Assembly (NCBI RefSeq): GCF_009914755.1
Contig: NC_060929.1
DNA: 64,000 bases
Source: the human T2T-CHM13v2.0 reference genome, Homo sapiens
Reading direction: 5' to 3' (one strand)
The notes under the pieces were generated by a model that saw only the letters and a list, made by a program, of their open reading frames with translations, ran no database searches and was not told where the DNA came from. Positions 40,376 through 53,916 of the stretch are shown piece by piece. Each line of letters starts with the position of its first letter. Positions within the stretch are counted from its first letter, which is position 1. The position numbers were made by a program, and so were the translations under genes.

Positions 40376-43255
40376 TTTCTTTCTTTTTCTTTTCTTTTTT
40401 CCAACTTTTATTTTAAGTTTGAGGGTACATGTGCGGGAAGTATAGGTTACATCAAAACCCTACCATCCTGAGAAGAGTTATGGTTCTATTGTAGCAGACG
40501 TCAGCCACACAGCCTATGTGACAATAACCTTAGAGTCCTGTGTTTTGTTTTCGTGTGTTGTGAGATTTTAATTTTTTTTTCAATGAGTCTGGCCATTTCT
40601 ATAATGCCAGGTGGGAAGCCAGGCATTATAGAAATCTTATGTGCAGGTTCGTTCCATAGGTAAACGTGTGCCATGCTGGTTTGCTGCACAGATCATCCCA
40701 TCACCTAGGTTTTAAGCCCAGCATCCATTAGCTATTCTTCATGATGCTCTCCCCTCCCCCAGTCCCCCATCCTCTGACAGGACCCAGTGTGTGTTATCCC
40801 CCCCACCTCCTGTCCATGTGTTCTCATCATTCAGCTCCCACTTACAAGTGAGGAAAGGCAGTATTTGGTTTTCTTTTCCTGCGTTAGTCTGCTAAGGATA
40901 ATGGCTTTCAGCTCCATCCATGTCCCTACGGTGGACATGATCTTGTTCCTTTTTATGGCTGCATAGTGTTCCATGGTGTACATGTATCACATTTTCTTTA
41001 TCCAGTCTATCATTGATGGGTGTGTGGGTTGAACATGTCTTTGGTATTGTGAATAGTGCTGCAATGAATATACACCTGCATGTGTCTTTATAATGGAACA
41101 ATTTCTATTCCTTTGGGTATATGCCCAGTAATGAGATTTCTGGGTTGAATGGTATTTCTGTCTCCAGGTCTTTGAGGAGCCACCACACTGTCTTCCACAA
41201 TGGCTGAACTCATTTACACTCCCACCAACAGTGTAGAAGCGTTCCTTCTTCTCCACAACCATGCCAGCATCTGTTGTTTTTTGACGTTTTCATAATAGCT
41301 ATTCTGACTGGTGTGAGATGGTATCTTATTGTGGTTTTGATTTGAATTTATCTAATGATCAGTGATGTTGAGCTTTTTTTTCATTTATTTGTTGGCCACA
41401 GGTAGGTCTTCTTTTGAGAAGTGTCCAGTCACGTGCTTTGCCCACGTTTTAATGAAGTTCTTCGTTTTTTTTCTTGTAAATTTGTTCCTTGTAGATGCTG
41501 GATATTAGACCATTGTCAGATGCAAATATTGCAAAAATTTTCTTCCATTCTTAGGTTGTCTGTTCACTCTGATGATAGTTTCTTTTGCTGTGCAAAAGCT
41601 CTTTAGTTTAATTAGATTCCATTTGTCAATTTTTGCTTTTGTTACAATTGCCTATGCCTATGTCCTGAATGGTATTGCCTAGATTTTCTTCTAGGGTTTT
41701 TATAGTTTAGGGTGTTACATTTAAGTCTTTAATCAATTTTTAGTTGACTTTTGTATATGGTGTAAGGAAGGGATCCAGTTTCAATTTTCTGCATATGGCT
41801 AGCCAGTTCTCTCAACACCATTTATTAAATAGGGACTCCTTTCCTCGTTGCTTGTTTTTTCAGGTTTGTCAAAGATCTGGTGATTGTAGGTTTGTTATCT
41901 TATTTGTGGGTTCTTTATTTTGTTCCATTTGTCTATGTGTCTGTCCTTGTACCAGTACCATGCTGGTACTGCAGCCTTGTGAGATAGTTTGAAGTCGGCT
42001 AGCGTGATGTCTCCAGCTTTGTTCTTTTTGCTTATTGTTCTTGGCTATTTGGGCTCTTTTTGGGTTCTATATTAATTTTAAAATAGTGTTTTTCTAATTC
42101 TATGAAAAATGTCAGTGGTAGTTTAATGGGAATAGCATTAAATCTATAAATTGAATCTATAAATTGAATCTATAAATTGCTTTGGGTGGTATGGCCATTT
42201 TCATGATATTGATTGTTCTTATCCATGAGCATGGAATGGTTTGTTTATGTCATCTCAGATTTCTTTGACAAGTGGTTTGTAGTTCTCCTTCAAGAGGTGC
42301 CTCACTTCCCTTGTTAGCTGTATTCCTAGGTATTTTATTCTTTTTGTAGCAATTGTGAATGGGAGTTCATTCATGATTTGGCTCTTGGCTTGCCTTTTGG
42401 TGTATAGGAATGCTAGCAACTTTTGCACATTGATTTTGTATCCGGAGACTATGCTGAAGTTGCTTATCAGCTTAAGAAGTTTTGGGCTGAGACAATGGGG
42501 TTTTCTAGATGTAGGATCATATCATCTGCAAACACAGATAGGTTGACTTCCTCTCTGCCTATGTGAATACGCTTTATTTCTTTCTCTTGCCTGATTATCC
42601 TGGCCAGAACTTCAATACTATGTTTAAGAGGAGTGGTGAGAGAGGGCATCCTTTTGTTGTGCCAGTTTTCAAGGGCAATGCTTCCAGCTTTTGCCCATTC
42701 AGCATGATATTGGCTGTGGGTTTGTCATGTATTGCTCTTATTATTTTGAGGTATGTTCCTTCAAAACCTAGCTTATTGAGAGTTTTTAACATGAAGGGGC
42801 GTTGAATTATATTGAAGGCCTTTTCTGCATCTATTGAGATAAATCATGTGGTTTTTGTCTTTAGTTTGTTTACGTGATGAGTCACATTTATTGATTTGCA
42901 TATGTTGAACCAAACTTGGCATCGCAGGGATGAAGCCAACTTGATCATGGTGGATAAGCTTTTTGATGTGCTGCTGGATTCAGTTTGCCAGTATTTTATT
43001 GAGGATTTTTGCATCTGTGTTAATCAAGGATATAGGTCTGAAGTTTCCTTTTTTTGTTGTTGTATCTCTGCGAGGTTTTGGTATCAGGATGATGCTGGCC
43101 TCATAAAATGATTTAGAAAGGAGTCCCTCCTTTTCAGTTGTTTGGAATAGTTTCAGCAGAAATGGTACCAGCTCTTCTTTGTACCGCTGGTGGAATTCAT
43201 CTGTGAATCTGTCTAGTCCAGGGCTCTTTTTGGTTGGTAAGCTATTTATTGCTGC
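40376..43255 (-). mobile_element. 5'-truncated primate L1 (older L1PA-type), ORF2 RT remnant plus 3' UTR
   Basis: Minus-strand peptides [52 protein letters not shown] and [15 protein letters not shown]; poly(T) tail at the left; degenerate TSD caagcagagtttct (40362-40375) / caggcagggcttct (43256-43269). Confidence 0.95.
40437..40624 (+). repeat. Duplicate of 3' UTR segment 39537-39728 inserted into the L1 3' end
   Basis: Near-identical direct copy starting exactly 900 nt downstream of the source. Confidence 0.95.
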
Positions 43256-43456
43256 CAGGCAGGGCTTCTGTGTTGCAGTCTGTGAAGTGCTTAACATTTC
43301 AATCAATTGACTGTAAGCAGAGTACCCTCCATAGTATGGGTGGGCCTCATCCAATCAGATGAAGGCTTTAAGAGCAAAGACTGAGATTTCCCTGAGAAGC
43401 AGCAATTCTGCCTCAAGACTGCACAGCCACATTGCCACATAAAATTCACCATTATG
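43256..43456 (-). mobile_element. MLT2 LTR, part 2, with an internal inversion
   Basis: Ends are in the same orientation as part 1 (gcagggcttctgtgttgcagtct ... cacataaaattcaccat); the middle matches the opposite strand. Confidence 0.7.
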
Positions 43457-46400
43457 CCCCTTTCCCTGGGGTTGGATTTAACCAGCAGTAACTGGGACCC
43501 GGTGAGAAGCCAGTACCACTGGTGTGACAAAGGCAGACACCTGCTCTCGGGATGTCGGCTGTTGGAATGGATGGCGGGTCCCACACATGCTCTGGCTGCC
43601 TGGTCTGTGCATAACACCAGCTGTTGACGTGGCACAACAGGCTCTGCACCACCTCTTCCAATGCACAGACCCACTTATGGGAGGAGATATTCCCAATCCC
43701 ATTTTACAGAGCAGAAATTCTGACAGAAAATTTATATAGCTTTTTCTGGAGTTGCCAGAGAGAAAGGGGGATTCTGCAGAATTCTACAGGATTCTGGGGA
43801 GCTGGGGGCAGCTTATTCCAAAACCCAGAGCCATTGGGTACCACAATCTTACTGACTCACCCAGGCACTGGGGCTGTCCTCTAAACCTCCATCCTTCAAA
43901 CAGAAGCTTTTCAGTAATCCTTCTATCACATCGTCAATAGCCCTTCATGGGACACCTGCTGACCTTGTTCCATGAAGGAGGCAAAAATGGCCAAGATGTG
44001 GGCCTGCCTTCAAGGGCTTTTTGTTCCAGCAGTGAAATAATGTATGGCCGCAAATGGATGCACTATGAGGTTGACCATGACCACAGGATGGGGCCAGGCT
44101 GAGGGGGTGGATTTGCTTCTGTTAAGGAGGGAAATGGTAGACCAGAAACCTGGGCTCTTCAACCTGGGCTCTTACAGTGAGAAGAGAGCATGGGCAAGAG
44201 GGGCAGATGGAAGAAGCACCCATAACCTTCCCAGGATCCACCCATGATTTGTCTGCGACTTGCCAATGATCTACCCATAATTCACCCGTCACCAGTCTGT
44301 GTTCTGTTCATGACTCTGCACTTGAGACAGATGCCGGGTGGAGAAGGGTGGCGTGGCAGGTGAGGTGTTGCCTAGAGCCAGGGTTGTTGGGGCTGCAGGA
44401 CTCATCGGCCAGGCACCTGGTTAGCATCTCTCACCCAGGCCGTCTCTGTGTCCCAATCCGCTGCTCCAACTGGCCTGACACACCCCTACAACGGGCTTGA
44501 GAGAGGCTGGCTTAGATCATGTCAGGCACTGGCCAAAGCCTTCGTCTGCTTCTATAGCCAACATCACAACATCCAACTGGGGTGGGCTGCATTTGCCTTA
44601 GGCTATATTTAGCATTGGCTGTGTGCCAAGCCCTGAGATGAACGCTTCATGTGCAAAGGCCCATTTGACCCTCCCTTGGGGGAGGCACCATCAATGGCCC
44701 TGTCCACGGCGGGAGGAAGAGGGAGCAGCACATCGAGGCCTCGTGACTCTTCCAGGCCATGGAGCCAGTAAATGGCACAGCTGGGTGTTCAACTGTGACC
44801 TCGAACCTCACCCTGTGCCCCTCACCTTCCGTTCCTCTCTTTACATGGTCTGTCTTTTGTGGACACACAGTGCCCATGTCATCTCAGCCTCTGTGGCTTT
44901 GCCGGGCCACATCCATCATCTCTTGCCCAGTGCAGCCTCTCCCTGTACACCACCATTTTCCTGCCTGCACCTCCTTGACTTCCTGATGTTCTGAGAGCTC
45001 TTCAGAGGCAGGTTCCTGGCCTTGCCCACCTAGCACTCTGGAAACTTCTGGCCGCCAAGAATCTCTTTCCATCTGGAGTGACGGGGTTTGGGATTCTTCT
45101 CTTTGTTTTTTCACAATATAGTCTCCACATGTTTGGCTGGCAACAAGCTCTAGATGTGAAGTTCCTGGCTACCACAGGGTGACTTCGAAATCCAAATCTA
45201 GAGAGAGCTCCTTCACTCGCATCCCATCCTGACATGAATATCTTGAACCCTCAGCCTCAGTGGATCCACAGGTGCCCACGATTCACTCCCCTCTCCACTC
45301 AGTCGCAGGCCACCATGCTCTTACACTGCAGCTCCCCAGAAGTCGCTGTGTGGTTCCTGGGCTGCGGGGGGCTTTGTCTGGGAGGTGTTCAGTTAACCTG
45401 ATTCTCACGAATTGCGGTGTGATCCTCACTGCCCTTGCCTGCCCTAGATGGGTGAAAAGGGGGCCAGGCTGGCACAGTTGCACAGCCGTCTTAGCATCTG
45501 GACAGCACCCTGGCTGATGTATAGGTGGACGCCCAGCTGCACCAGGTGGTGAGACCCAGACTTCTCCTCATCGCAGGGGGCTGCCTGTGGGGATTTTCTC
45601 CACTTGCTTCTCATTGCCTTCCAGTGCCAGGACAGAGCCCAGAGAGCCTTTGTTCTAGTCTCGCTGGACACCCCAGAAAGCCCACCAGGAGCTGCCCCAC
45701 GGAACCTGAAGGGGAGAAGGGCATATCCCCATGTGCCAGGAAGCACAATGCCCTGGACTAAAGGCAGCCCCCAGAAATTCCAGGCTGAGTGAAGGAGTCC
45801 AGACAAAACAAAGCTGTGCTGGAGGAGGAGCAGGGCTGGCCCCAGCCAGACACATTCCAGCCCGCAATCAGGCTGCCTCTTTCTGTCTCCCTCCAGCTCT
45901 CCAATGCCACCCCCACCCCCACGCCCAGCTGGAAACACCTCTAGCTCCCAGCTCAGCAGCCTTAACAAAGAAAGTCAGCAGGAGACTTGGGAAAGTGAAG
46001 AAACTCTCCCCAAAACCCCAGAACGCTGCACCTTTCCTATGACAAAAACTCACGTGAAACCCCCCACACCACCGCTGCCATCCTGTCTGCATCCTGAACA
46101 GTGTGTGTGAGCCTGGACCAGGGGCTCAGCACAGGCCCTTTCTCAGCCTGGAATTCTCACTTCTGCATCGCACAGGATGGGTTCAGAGGCTCCTCGGGCC
46201 AGTTTGCCAGCAGAGTCTGCTCCCCAAGGCAGCAGGCCAGGCTGCCCGGAGGCCTCTCTGAACCCTCTTGAGCCCACCCTGTGCCCTCTCCCTGGTGTTC
46301 CACTTCTCCCAGCCCCCTTCCGAGAGCTTCAGCAATGCCAGGTGCTGTACCTGTCCCTCCCAAGGCACCCTCCTGCCCCTCCCCTCACTTATACAAGTTG

Positions 46401-48368
46401 TGTGCCCTGGTCCCTGTGTTTGCTTTCTCACTTCCTCCATGAGGACGGGGTCATCTGGGACATCCCGCAGAGGTGGGCCTCCTGAGACCCGCCACTAGTG
46501 CTCGTCCCCTTAATGGGAATCATGTCCAGGGTCCACAGGCAAGACCAGGCCCTTCCCTGCACAACAGCCTCTCCTCAGCTCTGCACGAGGACCACAAATC
46601 CACTCACTTGGAAGCCCCTGTGGGAAGGGAGCCGCTCACTCCCTCTTGCCATTTATTTCTCCTGCATATACCAAAAGAAAACCCGGTAGATCCACAGATC
46701 CTCTTTCCCCCATGATACATTGTTGCTCAGTTGTGTCTGGAGGGGCCATTGGCAGAGGCAGCAAGGCTCTGCTCTGGGGTAGGTAATCACAAGCTTCCCC
46801 TCACCACCTCTCACCCCAGCCCAGACACAGCGATAAGGGAGGTCGGAGCAACCAGCGCTCTGCTGGAACAGTGGCCCCAAGCTCTGCACAGGGCACACCT
46901 GCAGAGGATGCACACCGGCCTGCCGTCCCTCCCAGCCACCGGGGCTCAGGGTGCAGAGCTTAGATGGCTGGAGGCCAAAAACCATGTGGTCACATCTCAT
47001 TGCATGGACAGAGGGCCGAGGGTACATCAAACGTTGTCACCAACCCCTCTCTGCTCTAGTGTCTCATTGTAGTTTAAGTAATCAGAAGTATTCTAGGGAG
47101 GGGAGAAAGGTCCCATTTCGGTGACCCCTCAAGTACCACCCACTCATCTATTGTCCCTGATTCCTGCCCTGCTCTCTCTTGGGAAACTGCTGTTGTTAAA
47201 GTTGCTGACAGCCTCCTGGTTGCCAAATCAAGGCACACTGGTCATTGCTGTCTTCCACAGCCTCTCTCAAGCATCTCCGCTGTAGACATGTCCTCTGCCA
47301 TAGAGCTCACCTTCCTAGGCCTGGGGCACACCTTTCTTCTGTCTCCTGTTAGTTCTCCAAATGCTCCCAGGCACTGTGATGCGACACACCCCAGGCCAAG
47401 CTCACTATTTCCTACTCTTCAGCCCCTAAAGTTACCCCTCTTGTCTGCTGTATTCTAGGGTCACTACTCACACAGTGTCCTCAACTGGAAACTTAGGGTC
47501 ATCCTTGGACTCCTCTCTTGCTCCAGCTCCACTCTATAACCCCCTCCAAATCCTTCTCTGAGTGCTGTCACTATCCAGTCTTAAAAAGTGTTCCGTTCTA
47601 TTGTCTTGCCTAGATTGTTGCAATAGTCTTTTAAATGGTCTCCATTCAATTGTCTTCTCTTATTCTATCTGCCAAACTAAACCCGTCAGATCACAGTCAG
47701 CCGCTGGATGAAGGACTTGTGGGTAAAACCTGTGCTTTTCAGTGGGGTGTGCAGAGCCCCTCACTGTGGGCCGAGCTTCCTCTGCTTCCTCCTAATTGGC
47801 AATAACCTTTCACTGGAAATCTCCAGTCACCCCTAAGCCAGGACTGCGCTTTTCTCTCTAGTGCAAGTGGAAAAGTCCAGCTTATTTAAGGGTCTCCCTC
47901 TCAAACAGGGGCACCTTTGAGAGGCCTTGACCAGCCTCCCAGGTTCCTCTAGTCCCCAGCACTTGGTCATGGAGACCCCATCACAGCACCAGCCACAGCG
48001 TGTGAGGCTGGTTGGCCTCCTGCCTCTTCACCTCGGGGGGATTTCTTCAAGGGTAAGAACTTTGCTTTCAGCCAACCGTGCATGTCCTGGGATTAGCAAG
48101 GGTCTGGCATCTAGTGAGCCTCAGCAAACACTGAGTGTTAAGGTTCAAGAAAGGACTTTATACAAGAGGAAGTCAAAGAAATAGGGAAAGGTCGGCAAGA
48201 GTGGTACCAAATAAGAGGTACCAAGAAAGAGGAAAATAATAAGCAAAGGTGGGATACAGCCTCCAGGGACATCACGTGCTGGGCTCTGGCTCACCAAGGC
48301 CAGAGACCTTGTGGAAAGGGCTCCAAGAGATTTGACCGAATGGGATAAAAATGTGTTGAGAACCAGGG

Positions 48369-48729
48369 TGTATTCGTCCGTTTTCACACTGTCGATAAAG
48401 ACAAACCCGAGACTGGGTAATTAATAAAGAAAAAGAGGTTTAATGGACTCACAGTTCCATATGGCTAGGAGGCCTCACCATCATGGTGGAAGGTGAAAGG
48501 TACATCTTATATGGCAGCAGGCAAGAGGGAATGAGAGCCAAACAAACGGGAAAACCTTTTACAAAACCATCAGATCTCATGAGACTTATTCAATACCACG
48601 AGAATAGTATGGGGAAAACCACCCCCGTGATTCAGTGGTCTCCCACTGGGTCTCCCCCATGACACATAGGAATTGTGAGAGCTACAATTCAAGATGAGAT
48701 TTGGGTGGGGACACAGCCAAACCATATCA
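48369..48729 (-). mobile_element. THE1-family (MaLR) solo LTR
   Basis: tgtattcgtccgttttcacact...gggacacagccaaaccatatca; TSD caggg / cagag. Confidence 0.92.
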
Positions 48730-49678
48730 CAGAGGTGCAGGTTGTCAGAGCTGAAAAGAATCTTAGAGATGCTGCAGTCCAGGCCTAAATTTATAGAGGG
48801 AGACCCTGACACCCAAGAAAGACAAGTGCCTTCCCCAGGATTTCATAGCTCAGGGGAAAGCTTTCACATTTTGCCCTTACTATCTGATGGCAAACTTTAA
48901 ACCTCAGAAAGAAAAGCAACTACCATTTGGAAAGAAACAACAGCACCTCATTCGACAATGTTTTGCAATTTTTTTTGCAAGGAAATATTGTATTAAGGTT
49001 AAAATTAAAGGCTAAATATAAAAGTCCCATATTTTGACATTTAATTCAGATGCCATTTTGTGGTTGCTAGAATGGAGGAAAGCCTATTGCAGTGTAAATT
49101 CGGATGATTTTGCTCACACTAAAGAGGACATGATCCCAGCCTGAGGCCATCTCAGTTATCTCGAGCACATCTTTTTTCTGCTCCTAAATTGTCATTGATT
49201 CCAGTGTCAAATTTATAGTTGAAAAGTAAAAATATTCAGTAGGTACTTTTAATGTACTCTTTTTATTTTTTAGAACTCAAGAGCTTCCTAATAGACTCTC
49301 ATTTCCTCTGCTGAATCCTAGAACAGATTATCACCTCATTGCAAGCTCAGCTTTGCAGAATTCACCGTCTCCCCTTACCCTGTAGAAGATTCTGCTCTTT
49401 AAAAGACCATTTTCAGGAAGTCATAGGAGTTTGGAACACAGTGAAACTCTAATAGTAAATGGCAGCCATCCAACAGTGCCATAAATTCAGATGCTTGAAA
49501 ATGGATTCCTCTGGGCGTGGGCAGCCTGGGACCCTGGTGAGGTCATGGAGCAGCCAGTCTGGAAAATGGTTCCACTGCTGCAAGCAGAGAGAAGGGTCTG
49601 CATTATCAGGCTGAGTAGGTGCTGGCAGATCAGCAGGTCATCGGAGGCCAGTGCCCAAATAACTCGGTTAGTTAATTT

Positions 49679-49844
49679 TGTGATAATGTTAGGTATCAAC
49701 TTGACTGGGTTAAGGGATGCCCAGGTCCTTTTAACTCAGAGGTGTCCAATCTTTTGGCTTCCCTGGGCCTCATTGGAAGAAGAAAAATTGTCTTGGACCA
49801 CACATAAAATACACTGACATTAACAATAGCTGATGAGTTTTAAA

Positions 49845-49875
<31 letters not shown>

Positions 49876-50479
49876 CACATAGACACAATCTCATAATGTT
49901 TTAAGAAAGAATGTTTAATGTTAGCTGCATTCAAAGCCATCCTGTGTCGCATGCAGCCCGCAGGCCTCGGGTTGAACAAGCTTGCATAACCATTATTTCC
50001 AGTCGCATCTGTGAGGGTGTTTCCGGGGGAGATTAACATTTGAATTGGTAAATTGAGTAAAGATCTGCCTTCACCTATGTGGGTATGCACCATCCAATCC
50101 ACTGACGGCCCAAATAGAACAAGAAGGCAGAAAAAGGGTACATCAGCTCTTTCTGCTTGAGCAGGGGCACACACTCGTCTTCTCCTGCCCTTGGACATCA
50201 GAGCTCCCCCGAGTCTGGGGCCGTTAGACCCCAGGACTTACAGCAGCCCCTTCCCAAGCCCCAGAGCTCTCGGATCTTCTGCCTTGGACTAGATTACAGC
50301 ACCAGTTTTCCTGGTTCTCCAGGCTGCAGAGGGAATAGAGGGGGACTTCCACAACCATGTGAGCCAATTCACATAATAAATCCCCTCTTGTATATCTGTA
50401 TATCGATATTCACATCTGTCTATGTATGTAAGCATGTATCCTATCGGTTCTGTTTCACAGAAGAACTCTGACTAATGCA
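49679..50479 (+). mobile_element. MLT2 solo LTR interrupted by MER30
   Basis: tgtgataat..gtatcaacttgactgggttaagggatgccca ... tctgtgagggtgtttcc ... ggttctgtttc..agaactctgactaatgca. Confidence 0.85.
49737..49984. mobile_element. MER30 (hAT-Charlie) with an internal (CA)n
   Basis: cagaggtgtccaatcttttggcttccctgggc...gggttgaacaagcttg matches the recalled MER30 ends. Confidence 0.85.
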
Positions 50480-52376
50480 CTCATCTTGGGTTAACTTGGT
50501 ATGCTGACTTTCCAAGCTCAAGAGCCTTTCAAGAGCCTCAAGATCTCAGCCACTTACAACAATAAAGGTTCATTTCTTCAACACGTTATATCTTGGCTGC
50601 ATATTGCCTGTGGGTCTGTCCTCTGCATTTTTTTCAGTCCAGAATCCAGGCTGAAGAACAGCCCCTATCCAGGACATCCTGTTGTTCTGGCAGAGGAAAA
50701 GGAGTGAAAAGCTACTGGAAATGTCAGCTGCCTCTTAATGCTTCTGCCCAGAACCAGCACCCTGTCACACACTCATGCCCCACTGGCCAGAGCAAGGCAC
50801 ATGGTCAAGTCCAATGTCAATGAGGCAGGGAAGTGAACTCCTACAGGCAGGTTCTGCATGGTAAATGTCAGTGGTGGGGTATGTAAGGCACTCACACAGA
50901 AAGGGAATGAATAATTCAGAACAATACCACCCACCACACCTACTATGTTCCAGGCTCCAAACTAAATGAGGCGTGACCCCTTCCCTTAAGTTTCCACAGT
51001 GTAACAGGTGGTTATATTAACTAGCTGGGTGGCCCTGGGCAATTCATTTTCGTTCTCTGGCTGTTGGATTTGTTACTTATAAAACAAAGGAATTGGATTC
51101 CTTAGGCTCCTCCAAAATTCTGAGATGCCAGCCTTTCCATTTCACTTACTATTATTAAATTAATCCGTTGCTTAAAGTCATGCACCAACCTTTAAAACAG
51201 AATCTCAACTCATGTAATATAGGAGACAGATAGGAAGTTATGCTCTGAAATAGAAGCCAGGCAAAGTGGGCTCTGGAGGATTTTTAAGGATTTTGGTGAT
51301 GCCTATTCACATTTTCACAGCTACATTTACAGTCTTCCTGCTGCCGACAGAGCCAGAACCACCTGTAATAACTTCGAGAGGCCAAGTGAGCAGAGTCCAG
51401 GTCAGAATATCCAGGGCTGCCTGTCCACCTGGCAAATCCTCCTGCCAGTGGTCCTTCGCAGAAGCTTTGTCCAGGCCCACGAGCCTGCCAGACTCACCCA
51501 GGCAGCGACCTGGCTCCCCTCCACAGACCAGATGCTTGAGAAGAGTCTCGCAAATCTTCCCACTAGTGCCAGCCTCTGGGCATGGTTCTCAGTGGCAGGA
51601 TTTCTTCTTCTGACTTCAGGGTTTAGATGGCTGGCCCAGGCAGCTGACTCCCAGCTGGAGGCTGAACCACAAAGCCTCTGTAGTGGGTTTGCAATCATTA
51701 AGAACTTTAATCTGCAGTCTGGAAATAGAGCCAGCAACACTCATGTGCCCCAGGGCTAAGAGTCAAGAGAGTGCCGGGCCCTGGTGGGAACCCAGGCCTG
51801 AGGAGTTCTGCAGGTGGGTGCCCTGATCGTGGGGAGAGGGCACTGCTGCCTGCTTTGCTTGCACATCTGGTCATCACCATCCTTTCTTCAGAGCCGAAGA
51901 AGGCATGCTGGTCTCCCCAGGAAAACCAGGCTCAAAACCATCAGGATAAGTGAAAGGCATGCTACATTTGTCTCCATAATCCCCCTGGAGTGCCATTTCC
52001 CCTGGTTCATTTCACCAAATAACTCTGCACCATGGTGTGCCATTAGCTTCCCATTCTCACTCAACCTGAAAACCACGCCTTCTCCTGGAGCATTGGAAGG
52101 TTACAAAGCTGTCCTCCCTGGGGGAGGCCTCCTGCAAATGCAGAAGGGCCCCTAGCTCTATTTGTCTTCTGTACTTAGTGCACCTAAATAGCCCATCACT
52201 GCACGTGGGAATCAGTGCCTGAGCGGAAACAGACCAAATATTTGTTCAGCTTTAACTCTATCCCCTCATTTTTGAATGAGTGCAATCGTTGAATGTGCTA
52301 TGCTTTGTCATACGTCTGTACCCACTAAGCTTACTTCCAGACCCTTAAGTACCCAAAACCACTCCTCAGGACCACA

Positions 52377-52695
52377 TGTCATGGGCTGAATTGTGTCCCC
52401 ACAATTATGACTGTATTTGGAGATAGAGACTTTAAGGAGGTCATCAAGGTCAAATGGGGTCAACAGGGTGGGGCAAGAGAACAGGTGTCCTTATAAGAAG
52501 AGAAAGAGGCACCAGAGACCTCTCTCTTGCTCTCTGTGCACACAGAGAAATGGCCATGCGAGGGCACACTCAGAAGGTGTCACCCATGAGTCTGGAGGAA
52601 AGCCACCACCTGAAACCAACCCTGCAGGGGCCTCCAACTCGGACTTTTGGCCCCCAAAACTGTGAGAAGATAAATGTCTGTTGTTTAAGCCCCCT
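52377..52695 (+). mobile_element. MLT1-family LTR (partial)
   Basis: tgtcatgggctgaattgtgtcccc...gactgtatttggagatag...aactgtgagaagataaatgtctgttgtttaagcc. Confidence 0.8.
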
Positions 52696-52809
52696 AGATA
52701 TGTATGTCTCTATCTTTCTCTCTCTTTCTCTCAAAAAAGAATTTTCTTATTCTTTCTTCTATTTCCATTTTCAAAATGAGCCCTGTATCTTCACCGGCAC
52801 CTCCATTAG

Positions 52810-53190
<381 letters not shown>

Positions 53191-53872
53191 TAGAAATTGG
53201 TGGTCACATAGGCCTTAAAGTTATAGGCACAGCCATTCAACATTGGAAGTTTCATCAAGATAGAGCAACCTGCATGGATAATTTAAAAACACAAACACAC
53301 ATGCACACACACGCAGGCACGCATGCATATGTACACACATACATGCACACATGCAGGCACATACACGTGCACAGTAGTTGGTTTCATTATCGTCTTCACT
53401 GAGGGTGCAGCCTGGGAAGACCCCATGACCAGTGGCATTGTGTCTTCCATTTTGAGAAACAGGAAACCACAGTAAATAAACATCAAGGATCTTCTCGGCA
53501 TCAGTCCTTCCTTCTCAGGCGCCCCTCAGCAGCAGGACAGAGTTCCCAGGACTGTGGTCTGTCACTTTTCGCATCCACCACGTTTCTGTCTGTACACGGA
53601 CATCAACCCCCATGGCTTCCCAGGGTATGGTGATTTTCTACAGGGTCCAGTCTCAGACATTGTTTTATGTCTCAGCCTCTACTCCATATACTCATGATTC
53701 TCCAAACTCAGGGAGGGAGTTTTGTTTCTGGACGGAGTGCAGGGTTGGGTTGCAGATCAGCAGACAACGGGGCAAAGGCTGTGTGTGGACAATGTTGCCA
53801 CTTGCATTTGGTCAGCCACAGAGTTGTAAGGTCTCTGCAAGTTCTATTCTAGGGGCTGCAAGAGGCAAAACC

Positions 53873-53916
53873 CAGGGCCTGGGCAGTTCTCAGGGCCTGG
53901 GCAGTTCTCAGGGCCT
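53873..53916. repeat. 18-bp tandem repeat, about 2.4 copies
   Basis: (cagggcctgggcagttct)x2 plus cagggcct. Confidence 0.9.

Noticed and set aside
40892-43354. RT-like minus-strand ORF fragments as a novel reverse transcriptase system
   Set aside because: They are frameshifted remnants of ordinary L1 ORF2 in a 5'-truncated copy.
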